Positions 37,093 to 46,035 of a stretch of DNA of 64,000 nucleotides are shown one piece after another. A program made the translations under genes and the position numbers. Under the pieces are notes generated by a model. It was not told the DNA's origin. It saw nothing but the letters and a program-made list of their open reading frames with translations, and did no database searches. The first letter of the stretch is position 1. Each line of letters opens with the position of its first letter. The stretch lies in assembly GCA_963840455.1 (NCBI GenBank), contig CAWIYV010000001.1, positions 32,001-96,000 on the forward strand. The letters run 5' to 3'. The stretch comes from Nitrospirota bacterium (GTDB taxonomy: Bacteria; Nitrospirota; UBA9217).

Positions 37093-37506
37093 CTAGCTGG
37101 GCTGTTCGACCGGCGGCATGAGGGTCTTCAGCATGTTGTAGAAGAACAGGAAGATCGAGACCATTTCCAGCGCCCCGGCGAGCACGGTGGCAGCGACCAG
37201 TGTATCCGACGGGCTGTAGACATTGAGCGTGTAGAACACCAGCATCGCCACCAGACCGATATTGGCAATCCAGAACTGGGCCTCTCCCAGCTTCTTGCTG
37301 TACATCTGCCGTCCCATGAACTTCGGCAGGATGTGGTACCCTACCCCGTAGATCATCATGGATACCCAGCCCAGCATGTTGAGATGGGAGTGGACGAATT
37401 TGAGCGCCATCGCGCGCTCGCTGCCGAGCATGGCTATCCCCACCAATGACGCCACCCCGAGATAGACGATGCTCATGATGATGAACCGGCGAACGAACTT
37501 GTCCAT
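37093..37506 (-). CDS. Small 4-TM protein resembling a fragment of heme-copper oxidase subunit I
   Basis: AAGGAGG RBS before ATG 37506; FVHSHLNMLGWVSMMIYGVGYHILP motif. Confidence 0.75.
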   Translation of the reverse strand: MDKFVRRFIIMSIVYLGVASLVGIAMLGSERAMALKFVHSHLNMLGWVSMMIYGVGYHILPKFMGRQMYSKKLGEAQFWIANIGLVAMLVFYTLNVYSPSDTLVAATVLAGALEMVSIFLFFYNMLKTLMPPVEQPS

Positions 37507-37536
37507 TGCGGACCTCCTTGGTCTGTAATAAGAGCA

Positions 37537-37579
37537 AGTATACCAAAAGGCTATGCGGTCTGCTATGACCAGTGTCATA
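37537..37579 (-). promoter_or_regulatory. Crp/Fnr-type box TATGAC-CAGT-GTCATA with extended -10 TGgTATACT
   Basis: Palindrome 37564-37579 centred at about -41.5 relative to the -10 at 37542-37537. Confidence 0.75.
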
Positions 37580-37606
37580 CGGAAAAGTACAAAACCGCTG
37601 TGCCAA

Positions 37607-37698
37607 GTTCACGGTTCAAAGTTCAACAGGTGCTGATTACACTTCCCACGTCATCGCGATAACCGACTATCGTTCATCTTGAACCTACACCTTGAACC
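37607..37698. repeat. Facing 7-bp repeat arrays between the two Crp/Fnr boxes
   Basis: gttcacg gttcaaa gttcaac (37607-37627) and ttgaacc twice (37679, 37692). Confidence 0.6.
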
Positions 37699-37711
37699 TG
37701 ACGTTCGTCCC

Positions 37712-37753
37712 TATGATGTGCGTCATACCATTCCCCGCAGTATCTGGTATCAT
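37712..37753 (+). promoter_or_regulatory. Crp/Fnr-type box TATGAT-GTGC-GTCATA with extended -10 TGgTATCAT
   Basis: Near-palindrome 37712-37727 centred about -40.5/-41.5 from the -10 at 37748-37753. Confidence 0.72.
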
Positions 37754-37782
37754 ATGACCATATCAAGTTCAAGGAGGATGCC

Positions 37783-37998
37783 ATGCTTGCAGAAAAGAAG
37801 ACCGTGACCAAGGATACGCTCATCGGCGATGCCATTAAAAATGTGCCGGGTGCCAAGGCTGTCATCGAAAAATACTTCGGCAATGGGTGCTTTACCTGCC
37901 CGGGGATCAATGTGGAATCGATCTCCTTCGGCGCTATGATGCACAACCTCGATCCCGACAAGGTCGTCGCCGAGATCAATGCTGTGCAGGAGGGATGA
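37783..37998 (+). CDS. DUF1858-like small protein
   Basis: VTKDTLIGD..VIEKYFGNGCFTCPG..ESISFGAMMHNLDPD; AAGGAGG RBS. Confidence 0.85.
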   Translation: MLAEKKTVTKDTLIGDAIKNVPGAKAVIEKYFGNGCFTCPGINVESISFGAMMHNLDPDKVVAEINAVQEG

Positions 37999-37999
37999 T

Positions 38000-38137
38000 A
38001 TGGGAAAACCTGAACTGAAGTGCTTCGTCTGCGGTTCTGAGGACAAGGAAAAGACCTATCTCCCCTGCTACAACGAGGGCAAGGAAAAGATCGTCTGCAC
38101 CCGCTGCCTGCCCACGCTCATACACGGCGCGCACTAG
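38000..38137 (+). CDS. Unannotated 45-aa Cys-rich (CxxC...CxxC) protein
   Basis: MGKPELKCFVCGSEDKEKTYLPCYNEGKEKIVCTRCLPTLIHGAH; GGAGG RBS; starts 1 nt after the DUF1858 stop; below the track length cutoff. Confidence 0.8.
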   Translation: MGKPELKCFVCGSEDKEKTYLPCYNEGKEKIVCTRCLPTLIHGAH

Positions 38138-38261
38138 CTGCTCCCGCACGCTCCTCATTCAGTGTCCTCCGGCCGGCAGGGAAACCATGCCGGCCGATCC
38201 TTTTTCCCCGTCCTCCTGGAAATCTCTGGAAATCGAGGCATAATCTTGGTACACTGCGGTC

Positions 38262-38975
38262 ATGGACAAAGATCTTGCTATCGTGCTCGTAAGCGGCGGG
38301 ATGGACAGCTGCGTCACGGCGGCCATGGCCGCGCAGACCTGCCGCCTCGCGTTCCTGCATGTTAATTACGGCCAACGGACCGAGGAACGCGAACTCCGGG
38401 CGTTCAACGAGTTGGCGGACCATTTTCAATGCTCAAAAGCGTCTTATCGTGAGCATCGAGCACCTGAAGGTCATCGGCGGTTCGAGCCTCACCGATACCA
38501 GTATTCCCGTCCCGGAATCAGGGAGCGCTCCGAGGAAGCCTGACTCGCCGCTTTCTGCACCCAACATCCCCAGCACTTACGTCCCCTTCCGGAACGCCCA
38601 TCTGCTCGCGATCGCCGTTTCCTGGTCGGAGGTCATCGACGCTAAGAAGATCTTTATCGGCGCCGTTGAGGAGGACAGCTCGGGTTATCCCGACTGTCGC
38701 GAAGTCTTCTACCAGGCTTTTAACCGGGTGATCGAGACGGGAACGAGGCCTGAGACGCGCGTCGATATCGTAACGCCGCTCATCCACATGAAGAAATCGG
38801 AGATCGTGAGGAAAGGCTTGGCGCTCGGTGCGCCGTTCGAGCTCACCTGGAGCTGCTACCAGGACAGCGAGAAGGCATGCGGTAGGTGCGAGAGCTGCGC
38901 GCTGCGGTTGAAAGGGTTCCGGGAGGCAGGAAATGAAGGATCCCGATACCGTATGAGGACGGCAGCGCCAGATAG
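38262..38975 (+). CDS. queC: 7-cyano-7-deazaguanine synthase, with three apparent +1 insertions (~38423, ~38931, ~38942)
   Basis: [39 protein letters not shown]; corrected C-terminus [14 protein letters not shown]. Confidence 0.92.
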
Positions 38976-38976
38976 A

Positions 38977-40203
38977 TTAGAGGAAGCAAGTAACGACAAG
39001 GAGCAGCGTCAAGCACGACCATGACGATGACCGTGGCCCAAGCGATGAGATCGAATATCTTCGAGTTGGTATACTCTCCCATGATGTCCTTGTTGTTGAT
39101 CAGCAGAAGCATAAATATGAGCACGAACGGCAGCATGACGCCGTTCACTACTTGCGAGATGAGCATGATCGGGATCAAGCGGTGCGTTCGGGATCAGGAT
39201 GATCAGCGCGCCGACGACGATAATCCCGGTATAGAGCCACATGAACTGCGGCGCAGTCTTGAAGTTCTTGTCGATCCCCGACTCCCACCCCATTCCTTCG
39301 CACACGTAGTAAGCCGTTGCCAGTGGCAAAATGGACGCAGCGAAGAGCGATGCGTTCGCCAGCCCGATAGCGAACAGGATCGAGGCATTCTTACCTGCGA
39401 GCGGCGCAAGGGCGACAGCGGCGTCCTTGGCGTCAGTTATCGTGACCCCGTTCACAAACATCGTGGCCGCACAGGCAACGATGATGAAGAATGCTATCAC
39501 GTCGGTCATGATGCAGCCGACGATTACATCCAGGCGCGATGCACCGTAATTCTCCACTTTGATGTTCTTCTCCACCACCGCCGACTGCAGATAGAACTGC
39601 ATCCACGGTGCGATGGTGGTCCCCACCACGCCGATAAGCATCATCACATAGGTCGGTTTGAAATCAAAGGACGGCTTGACCGTATCGAGCAGGATCTCTC
39701 CCCACGGGGGGTGAATCATGTATGCTGAGACCACATAGGTCAGGAATACGGTGCAGGCGACCAGGAATATCCGTTCGACGAACCGGTAGGTCCCCTTGAC
39801 CACGAGCAGCCAGACGGCAAAAGCCCCGATCGGGACGGAGATATACTTGCTGACGCCGAAGATCTCCATGGCCGAGGCCCAGCCCGCGAACTCGGCAACA
39901 GTGTTCCCCATGTCAGCCACGAGCAGGCTCAGCATGAGGAAGAAGGTGGCCCGGACCCCGAAGTTCTCCCTGATCAGGTCGGCGAGCGTCTTCCCGGTGA
40001 CCACCCCCATGCGCGCGACCATTTCCTGCACGACGATGAGAGCAGCAGTGATGGGAAGGAGCGTCCACAGGAGCGAGTATCCGAAAGTGGGCGCCTGCCA
40101 CCGAATAGGTAGCGATGCCTCCCGCATCGTTGTCAACATTCGCGGTAATGATGCCCGGCCCCAGCACAGACAGAAATATAAGGATCTTATTCTTTTTGTT
40201 CAT
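38977..40203 (-). CDS. NRAMP-family transporter, Mg2+-type signature, with three apparent +1 insertions (~40085, ~39177, ~39011)
   Basis: [42 protein letters not shown]; split over three track ORFs. Confidence 0.88.
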
Positions 40204-40249
40204 TGTCTTTCAGACCCAGCACGCGGTAGGAACCGAGATGCGGTGTGTA

Positions 40250-41515
40250 TTATCGCTTTCTTCGCTTCTTCTTCGATGCGGTCGGCAGTAGAAAATCTAA
40301 AACATCGTCCACGGTCACGATGCCCTGCATGACATTATTCTCATCCACGACAGGGGCGGCGAGAAGATTATACTTTGAAATGAACTCTGCCACATCCTTC
40401 CGTTCGGTCTCGATCGAGAGGGTCTTGACCGGCGTCCTCATGATGTCCTCGATCCTGGACTCCGGCCGCGCAAGGATCAGGTCCTTGAGCGTCACCACGC
40501 CGACGAGCCGCTCGTTCTCGTCGAGGATATACAGGTAGTAGATGGTCTCCACGTCCGGGGCCTCGAGACGGAGTTCCCGGATGGCATCTTCCACGCTCAT
40601 GGACGGCGGGAAGGCAATATACTCGGTGGTCATCAGGCCGCCTGCTGTGTCCTCTTCGTGCTCGAGCAGTTCCTGAACGTCCTCAGCCTCTTCCTTTTCC
40701 ATGAGGTTGATGAGTTCCTTGGCCTTGTCCTCGGGAAGATCGCCCAGGACATCGGCAGCCTCATCAGGAGGCATCTGTTCGAGGATGTCCGAGGCTTTTT
40801 CCTTGGACATATCATCAATAATGTCGGCCTGGACCTTGGGCTCCAGTTCGTGGAGCGCCTCCGCAGCGGTTTCCACATCGAGACTGCCGAACAGTGCGGT
40901 ACGTTCCCGCTGGGAAGCTTCACTGATGATCTCCGCAAGGTCAGCAGGATGCATTTGGGACACTTTTTGGCGGGATACGATCAGGGTGAGTTTCGTGAGC
41001 TTGGGTTCGACCGTCTGAAGATAGTGCCAGCCGATGAGATGATTTTGGAGTTTGTATCCGAAAAGGAATAAGAACTTCTCGCCCCGGGCTTCTACTCCCA
41101 GTCGCCGCAACAGCCCGCGAAGGCCGATATCTGCCGCAACAAGGCACATCGTTCCGTTGACATCGCCAAGCTTAAGGTCGTTGACGCGCACCAGTTTGGC
41201 CCCGTTGATATCCACGATCTGCTTATCAAGCATGTCGCGGAAAACAAGAATGTCCGTTGCGGATGCAGATGAAGGCTGCAAGTTGCTGGCGACGACATTG
41301 ACCGAGATGACGCGGCGGTTAAAGAGGTTGACCGAATCCCAGGGAATGGTATAGGTGCTCCTTCCCGAAGTGACAACAAGTGCCGTAACGGCAGGAAAAG
41401 GTTCACCGAGACCGATGACAATGTCATTAAGCTTCCCGATCTCCTCCCCTGTCTGATCGAGCACCGGCTTCCTGTACACGTCGCTGATAAAGATATCTCC
41501 GGCGAAAAAGGGCAT
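40250..41515 (-). CDS. Soluble MgtE-like protein (PRC-barrel-like + MgtE N-domain + CBS pair, no TM domain)
   Basis: LDKQIVDING..VRVND, MHPADLAEII, MPPDEAADVL, TAGGLMTTEY, GIVTVDD. Confidence 0.88.
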   Translation of the reverse strand: MPFFAGDIFISDVYRKPVLDQTGEEIGKLNDIVIGLGEPFPAVTALVVTSGRSTYTIPWDSVNLFNRRVISVNVVASNLQPSSASATDILVFRDMLDKQIVDINGAKLVRVNDLKLGDVNGTMCLVAADIGLRGLLRRLGVEARGEKFLFLFGYKLQNHLIGWHYLQTVEPKLTKLTLIVSRQKVSQMHPADLAEIISEASQRERTALFGSLDVETAAEALHELEPKVQADIIDDMSKEKASDILEQMPPDEAADVLGDLPEDKAKELINLMEKEEAEDVQELLEHEEDTAGGLMTTEYIAFPPSMSVEDAIRELRLEAPDVETIYYLYILDENERLVGVVTLKDLILARPESRIEDIMRTPVKTLSIETERKDVAEFISKYNLLAAPVVDENNVMQGIVTVDDVLDFLLPTASKKKRRKR

Positions 41516-41560
41516 GCTGCTCTCCGGCTCGGTGCTAAAGGGGATGAACGTGTCGGGCTG

Positions 41561-41588
41561 ATTATACCAGCGGTCGGGTCCAAGTCAA
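41561..41588 (-). promoter_or_regulatory. Sigma70 promoter of the CBS-NRAMP pair
   Basis: TTGACT-N16-TATAAT with TG extension. Confidence 0.6.
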
Positions 41589-41792
41589 GAAAAAACCCGG
41601 TTTCCTGTGCTACAATACGGGCAGAGGTGTCTTCACTGCTGCGGTACCAAGCTGGATCGAATCAAACAGCCGCAGGGATTCTATAAATCCTGAAAATAAC
41701 GATATTAATAAATTTAAGGTGATAGAGACGAGGGTTTCTGCTATATTTTTTCAGCGAACCGCAGGAGCACAGCGGTAAAAGGAGATGCGACC

Positions 41793-42395
41793 ATGCCGGA
41801 CAAGGCCATGAAGGACATAAAAAAAGACCTCTACCTTCTCATGCACAAGGCAGAGCAGATGCTTGAACTCACCGAGGACGCCTTTATGAAGAACAAGATC
41901 GGGTCCCTGGACCAGGCCGAGTCCCTTGCGAAGGAGATCCGGAGCCAGGAGGACGCTCTTACCGAAAAGCTCGCTAAATTGGCACCGTCCGACAGCACTG
42001 CCCGCGCCATTCTCTCCGTTCCCGTTCACATCGAGAAGATCGCTGCCAGCATCGAACGCGTTGTTAGCAATGTCCGGGTCAAGATCAAGGAAGGCCTGCT
42101 GTTCAGCGACAAGGCCATCCAAGAGACCGGCAGGCTGCTCCTCAAGGGGAAGGAATTGCTTAAAAAAGCGGGAGAATCCATCGTGACCGCGTCCCCGGAA
42201 AGCAGGGAGACCGTCAGGATCGACAGCGACGCCATGATCAGGATGTCAAATGACTTTGCCACGTCCCATGAGGACCGTCTGGTGGCAGGTGAATGTTCTC
42301 CCAAGGCCTCATCGAACTACCTGTGCATGCTTTACGCATTCGAGGACATGGCGTCCCACGCAAAGGATGCGGTCAGCAAATTATCGGCAAAATAA
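41793..42395 (+). CDS. PhoU-like helical domain protein
   Basis: Two helical repeats; HIEKIA and HEDRLVAGECSPKAS..Y resemble the PhoU-like C-domain of Na/Pi cotransporters. Confidence 0.7.
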   Translation: MPDKAMKDIKKDLYLLMHKAEQMLELTEDAFMKNKIGSLDQAESLAKEIRSQEDALTEKLAKLAPSDSTARAILSVPVHIEKIAASIERVVSNVRVKIKEGLLFSDKAIQETGRLLLKGKELLKKAGESIVTASPESRETVRIDSDAMIRMSNDFATSHEDRLVAGECSPKASSNYLCMLYAFEDMASHAKDAVSKLSAK

Positions 42396-42407
42396 CCCTG
42401 TTCCCGC

Positions 42408-43700
42408 TCAGTGTTTGAAGACCCGCTGGCCCGTGTAGACCATGGCAATCTTGGGGTCCGCCTCGTTGCAGGCAATGATCGACTCGTGGTCCCGGTCCGA
42501 TCCTCCGGGTTGTACGATCGCCGTGATACCCTCCTTGATTCCCGCGTCCACACCGTCCCGGAAGGGGAAGAACGCGTCAGATACCATGACGGCCCCGATA
42601 AGCCCGCCTTTGTCCCTCCTGGCCTGGGCATCTATCTCTGCAAGCGCCCCCCCGTCCCGTTTGCCCTGACCTGCCTCCAGCTCGTACTGCTTGTAGGGCA
42701 CCCCGTATTTTTTAAAACACAGTGCATCGGCGTATTTGGTGTAGGCTTTGAAGATCGCGATCTCAGCGACGCCGACGCGGTCCTGTTCTCCCGTTCCGAT
42801 GCCGACGGTCACCCCGTCCTTCACATAGATGACCGAGTTCGACGTGATCCCCTGCTCCACATTCCAGCCGAACAGCATGTCGTTGTATTCCTGTTCCGTC
42901 GGCATCCTGTCCGTGATATACTCCCTCCCCTTGAAAACCGCCTTCGCCTGCTGAAAGTCGTTCTTTGTCCGGATCCGGTTCTTCTGGGACTGCTGGACGA
43001 TGATCCCGCCGTCGATGAGCGACTTGAACTCGACGAAGCTCAGATCGCGGTATTTCGCAAGGTCCGCCATCTTTTCCAGCCGGATGATGCGCAGGTTCTT
43101 CCTCCGCGACAGGATGTCGAGTGCACCATCCTCGAACTCCGGCGCGGCCACGACCTCCAGATAATTTGCATTCACCATCTCCGCGGTCTGTCGGTCCATG
43201 GGCCGGTTGACCGCGAGGCATCCTCCGAAGGCCGCAATGCGGTCCGCCATGTTGGCACGTTCGTAGGCCTCTGCCGTTGTCCTGCCATTGGCGACCCCGC
43301 AGGGATTATTGTGCTTCATAATGGCCGCGGCAGGCCTGTCCGCGAGGAACTTGAGGATGTTGAGCGCATTGTCGAGGTCGGTAAAATTGGTCTTGCCGGG
43401 ATGCTTCCCCGCCTGGACCATCTGTTCCGCGGTGATGCCGCTGACCAGGCCGTTTCCCGGTTCGATGAACTTCACGCCGGCAAGCTCCAGGTTCCCGCTC
43501 ACCAGCTGGTACATGGCAGCCTGCTGGTCAGGATTCTCTCCGTAGCGAAGGCCCTTTTCGATCAATTCTCCGGTGCCTTCGTCGGCCAGCTTCCAGGAAC
43601 GTTTCCGATAGGAAAGCTTTTTGTCGCCAAAGGTGATGGTCATTTCCGACGGAAAGTTGTCCGCCATGATGGTCTTGTACATTTTCTTAATATCGGACAC
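42408..43700 (-). CDS. PurH-like AICAR transformylase-domain protein (GTG 43700 after AGGAGG; alternative start ATG 43721)
   Basis: LRYGENPDQ, KHNNPCG, AAFGG, SNSV, SDAFFPFRDG, QPGGS, RVFKH. Confidence 0.88.
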   Translation of the reverse strand: MSDIKKMYKTIMADNFPSEMTITFGDKKLSYRKRSWKLADEGTGELIEKGLRYGENPDQQAAMYQLVSGNLELAGVKFIEPGNGLVSGITAEQMVQAGKHPGKTNFTDLDNALNILKFLADRPAAAIMKHNNPCGVANGRTTAEAYERANMADRIAAFGGCLAVNRPMDRQTAEMVNANYLEVVAAPEFEDGALDILSRRKNLRIIRLEKMADLAKYRDLSFVEFKSLIDGGIIVQQSQKNRIRTKNDFQQAKAVFKGREYITDRMPTEQEYNDMLFGWNVEQGITSNSVIYVKDGVTVGIGTGEQDRVGVAEIAIFKAYTKYADALCFKKYGVPYKQYELEAGQGKRDGGALAEIDAQARRDKGGLIGAVMVSDAFFPFRDGVDAGIKEGITAIVQPGGSDRDHESIIACNEADPKIAMVYTGQRVFKH

Positions 43701-43827
43701 GGGATCCTTCCTCCTGAACATCAATGAAATGACGAAGCCTGGACAGCGGCAGAGAACGCAGAGGGAACAAACGACGAGTTCACGTGTCTGCCGGATAAAA
43801 CTTCCTGCGCGCCTGCCCTCACCTGCT

Positions 43828-44730
43828 CTATACTTTATCCACAGCCTTCTGCCCGAGCAGCCCGGAAGGCCTCAGGAGCAGCGTGATGATCAAGACGAGG
43901 AACGCGAAGGCGTCCTTGTAGACGCTGGAGATGTAGCTTGCCCCGAAATTCTCGATGAGGCCGAGCGTGAAGCCTCCCAGCATGGCGCCAGGAATGCTGC
44001 CGATCCCCCCCAGTACGGCAGCGGTGAACGCCTTGAGGCCTGCCGTATAGCCCATGAAGAAGTGGACGACGCCGTAGTACAGCGTGACCATGACCCCTGC
44101 TACGGCAGCAAGGGCCGATCCGATCATGAACGTCACGGAGATGACCCGGTTGATGTCGATCCCGAGCAGTCCCGCCATGGTCATGTCCTGGGAGGTTGCC
44201 CGCATGGCCTTGCCGAGCTTCGTCCGGGTGATGAAAAGCTGAAGACCGACCATCATGAGCAGCGACGTCCCGAGGATGATGATCTCGACCGGCGATATCT
44301 TCGCGCCGAAGAGGACGAATCCTTCGAGGGTGATGACCTGGGGAAGATACTTGTATTCCTTTCCCTGGGAGAGCATAACCATGTTCTGAAGGATGATCGA
44401 CACGCCGACGGCGCTGATGAAGGGAGAGAGCTTGGCCGCCTTGCGGATCGGCCGGTAGGCTGTCCGCTCAATCATGGCGCCATAGGCGGCGCAGAACAGC
44501 ATGGAAAGGGAAAGGGTGATGGCCAGGGTGGCCACCATGCCCAGGGACGGCATCCCCGGCGCGGTCAATGCGCCGAGCACGATGATGCCCAGATAGGCAC
44601 CCAGCATGTACACCTCGCCGTGGGCGAAGTTGATGAGCTGGAGGATGCCGTAGACCATGGTGTATCCCAGCGCCAGCAGTGCGTACACCGCGCCCAGGGC
44701 TAGTCCGTTGATGATCTGTTGGGCAAACAT
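43828..44730 (-). CDS. livH: Branched-chain amino acid ABC permease
   Basis: ALGYTMVYGILQLINFAHGE, GLKAFTAAVLGGIG, LRPSGLLG. Confidence 0.93.
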   Translation of the reverse strand: MFAQQIINGLALGAVYALLALGYTMVYGILQLINFAHGEVYMLGAYLGIIVLGALTAPGMPSLGMVATLAITLSLSMLFCAAYGAMIERTAYRPIRKAAKLSPFISAVGVSIILQNMVMLSQGKEYKYLPQVITLEGFVLFGAKISPVEIIILGTSLLMMVGLQLFITRTKLGKAMRATSQDMTMAGLLGIDINRVISVTFMIGSALAAVAGVMVTLYYGVVHFFMGYTAGLKAFTAAVLGGIGSIPGAMLGGFTLGLIENFGASYISSVYKDAFAFLVLIITLLLRPSGLLGQKAVDKV

Positions 44731-44899
44731 GGTTAGGAAAAGACCGCAGCACCGGCCCCATCGTGAACGGCACCCTGTCGGACCCCTTCACGGCGGTCCG
44801 GACGGACGGAGCCCGATCGATACGTCAAGGGCTGGCCGGGGAACGGATGGCAGCAAGAACGACCGGCCCTTTATTGCCACCCCGGCGTCATGCGTCCGC

Positions 44900-46009
44900 T
44901 CAGGGCAGCTGCCTGAACGTACCGCCCTTCACTTCCCAGACGACGTAAGGCGCCTTCGTCACGTCACCGTTCTTGTCAAAGGAAATGTCGCCGAACGCGC
45001 CTTTGAACGTGTTCTTCGCGATGTACTCGGCCACTTTCGTCCCCTCGGTCGTGCCCGTTTCCTTGATGGCCGTCAGGATGATGTTGGCCGCATCATAGGC
45101 ATAGATCGAGTAGGGGCCAGGTTCACCGTATTTGGCCCGGTATCTCTCGTTGAAGGTCTTCGCTGTCGACAACCCTGAAGGGTCCTTGCCGAATGTCACG
45201 TAGGTCCCCTCGGCTGCTTTCCCGGCGATGTTGATGAAGGTCGGATCATAAACACCGTCCCCGGTGACCATAGGGATGGTCAGGCCTAGTTCCTTGGACT
45301 GTCGCACCAGGCGCGCGGCCTCGGGATAGACCCCTCCGAAGAAATACGCCTCCGGCTTCTTTTCCTTGATGGCCGTCAACACCGCCTTGTAGTCCGGGTC
45401 CCGCTGCACGATCCCGCCGTAGTAGACCACTTCCGTACCCGTGCCCAGCGCCTTTTTGAAGTAATCCGCGAGGCCCTGCCCGTAGGCGGTCTTATCATGG
45501 ATGACCGCGACCTTCTTCGGCTTCAAGGACCGCAGGACGAACTCCGCGGCGACCCTGCCCTGCTGGTCGTCAGTCCCGCACACCCGGAACACGTTCTTGA
45601 ACCCCTGGAGCGTGAACTGAGGGTTCGTTGTGGCAGGGCTGATCATGACCATGTTCGCGTCGTTATAGTACTTCGCCGCCGGGATCGAGCAGCTCGAGTT
45701 CCAGTGTCCCACGACCGCGACCGCCTTCTGGTTGATGAACTTGTTCGCAATAGACACTGCCTGCTTGGGGTCCGCCTGGTCGTCGCCCGCAAGCAGCTCG
45801 ATCTTTTTGCCCAGGACACCGCCCTTTTCGTTCCATTCGCTTACGGCGAGCTCCGCGCCGTTCCTCAGGTCAATGCCCATCTTGCTCTGGTCGCCCGTCA
45901 TGGGACCGGCTGCACCGATCCTGATCACCTTGTGGTCCTGTGCCGTGCACCCGATCATCAGGCATGCGGCCGCACAGACCGCCAGATAGACACCGAATCG
46001 CTGAACCAT
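44900..46009 (-). CDS. Branched-chain amino acid ABC substrate-binding lipoprotein (LivK/LivJ-like)
   Basis: Lipobox-like MIGC; DDQADP, GHWNS, HDKTAYGQGLA, YAYDA. Confidence 0.92.
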   Translation of the reverse strand: MVQRFGVYLAVCAAACLMIGCTAQDHKVIRIGAAGPMTGDQSKMGIDLRNGAELAVSEWNEKGGVLGKKIELLAGDDQADPKQAVSIANKFINQKAVAVVGHWNSSCSIPAAKYYNDANMVMISPATTNPQFTLQGFKNVFRVCGTDDQQGRVAAEFVLRSLKPKKVAVIHDKTAYGQGLADYFKKALGTGTEVVYYGGIVQRDPDYKAVLTAIKEKKPEAYFFGGVYPEAARLVRQSKELGLTIPMVTGDGVYDPTFINIAGKAAEGTYVTFGKDPSGLSTAKTFNERYRAKYGEPGPYSIYAYDAANIILTAIKETGTTEGTKVAEYIAKNTFKGAFGDISFDKNGDVTKAPYVVWEVKGGTFRQLP

Positions 46010-46035
46010 AGCGTGTTCCCCTTTCAGAACCAGTT

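Noticed and set aside
42411-43727. Long antisense ORFs in the track (e.g. 42411-43727+, 16180-17802+, 31126-32748-, 54647-56185+)
   Set aside because: Shadow frames of well-identified genes, expected with GC-rich codon bias; no motifs or RBS.
43835-43843. Perfect DnaA box TTATCCACA
   Set aside because: Single copy inside the last codons of livH; no cluster or AT-rich unwinding element.
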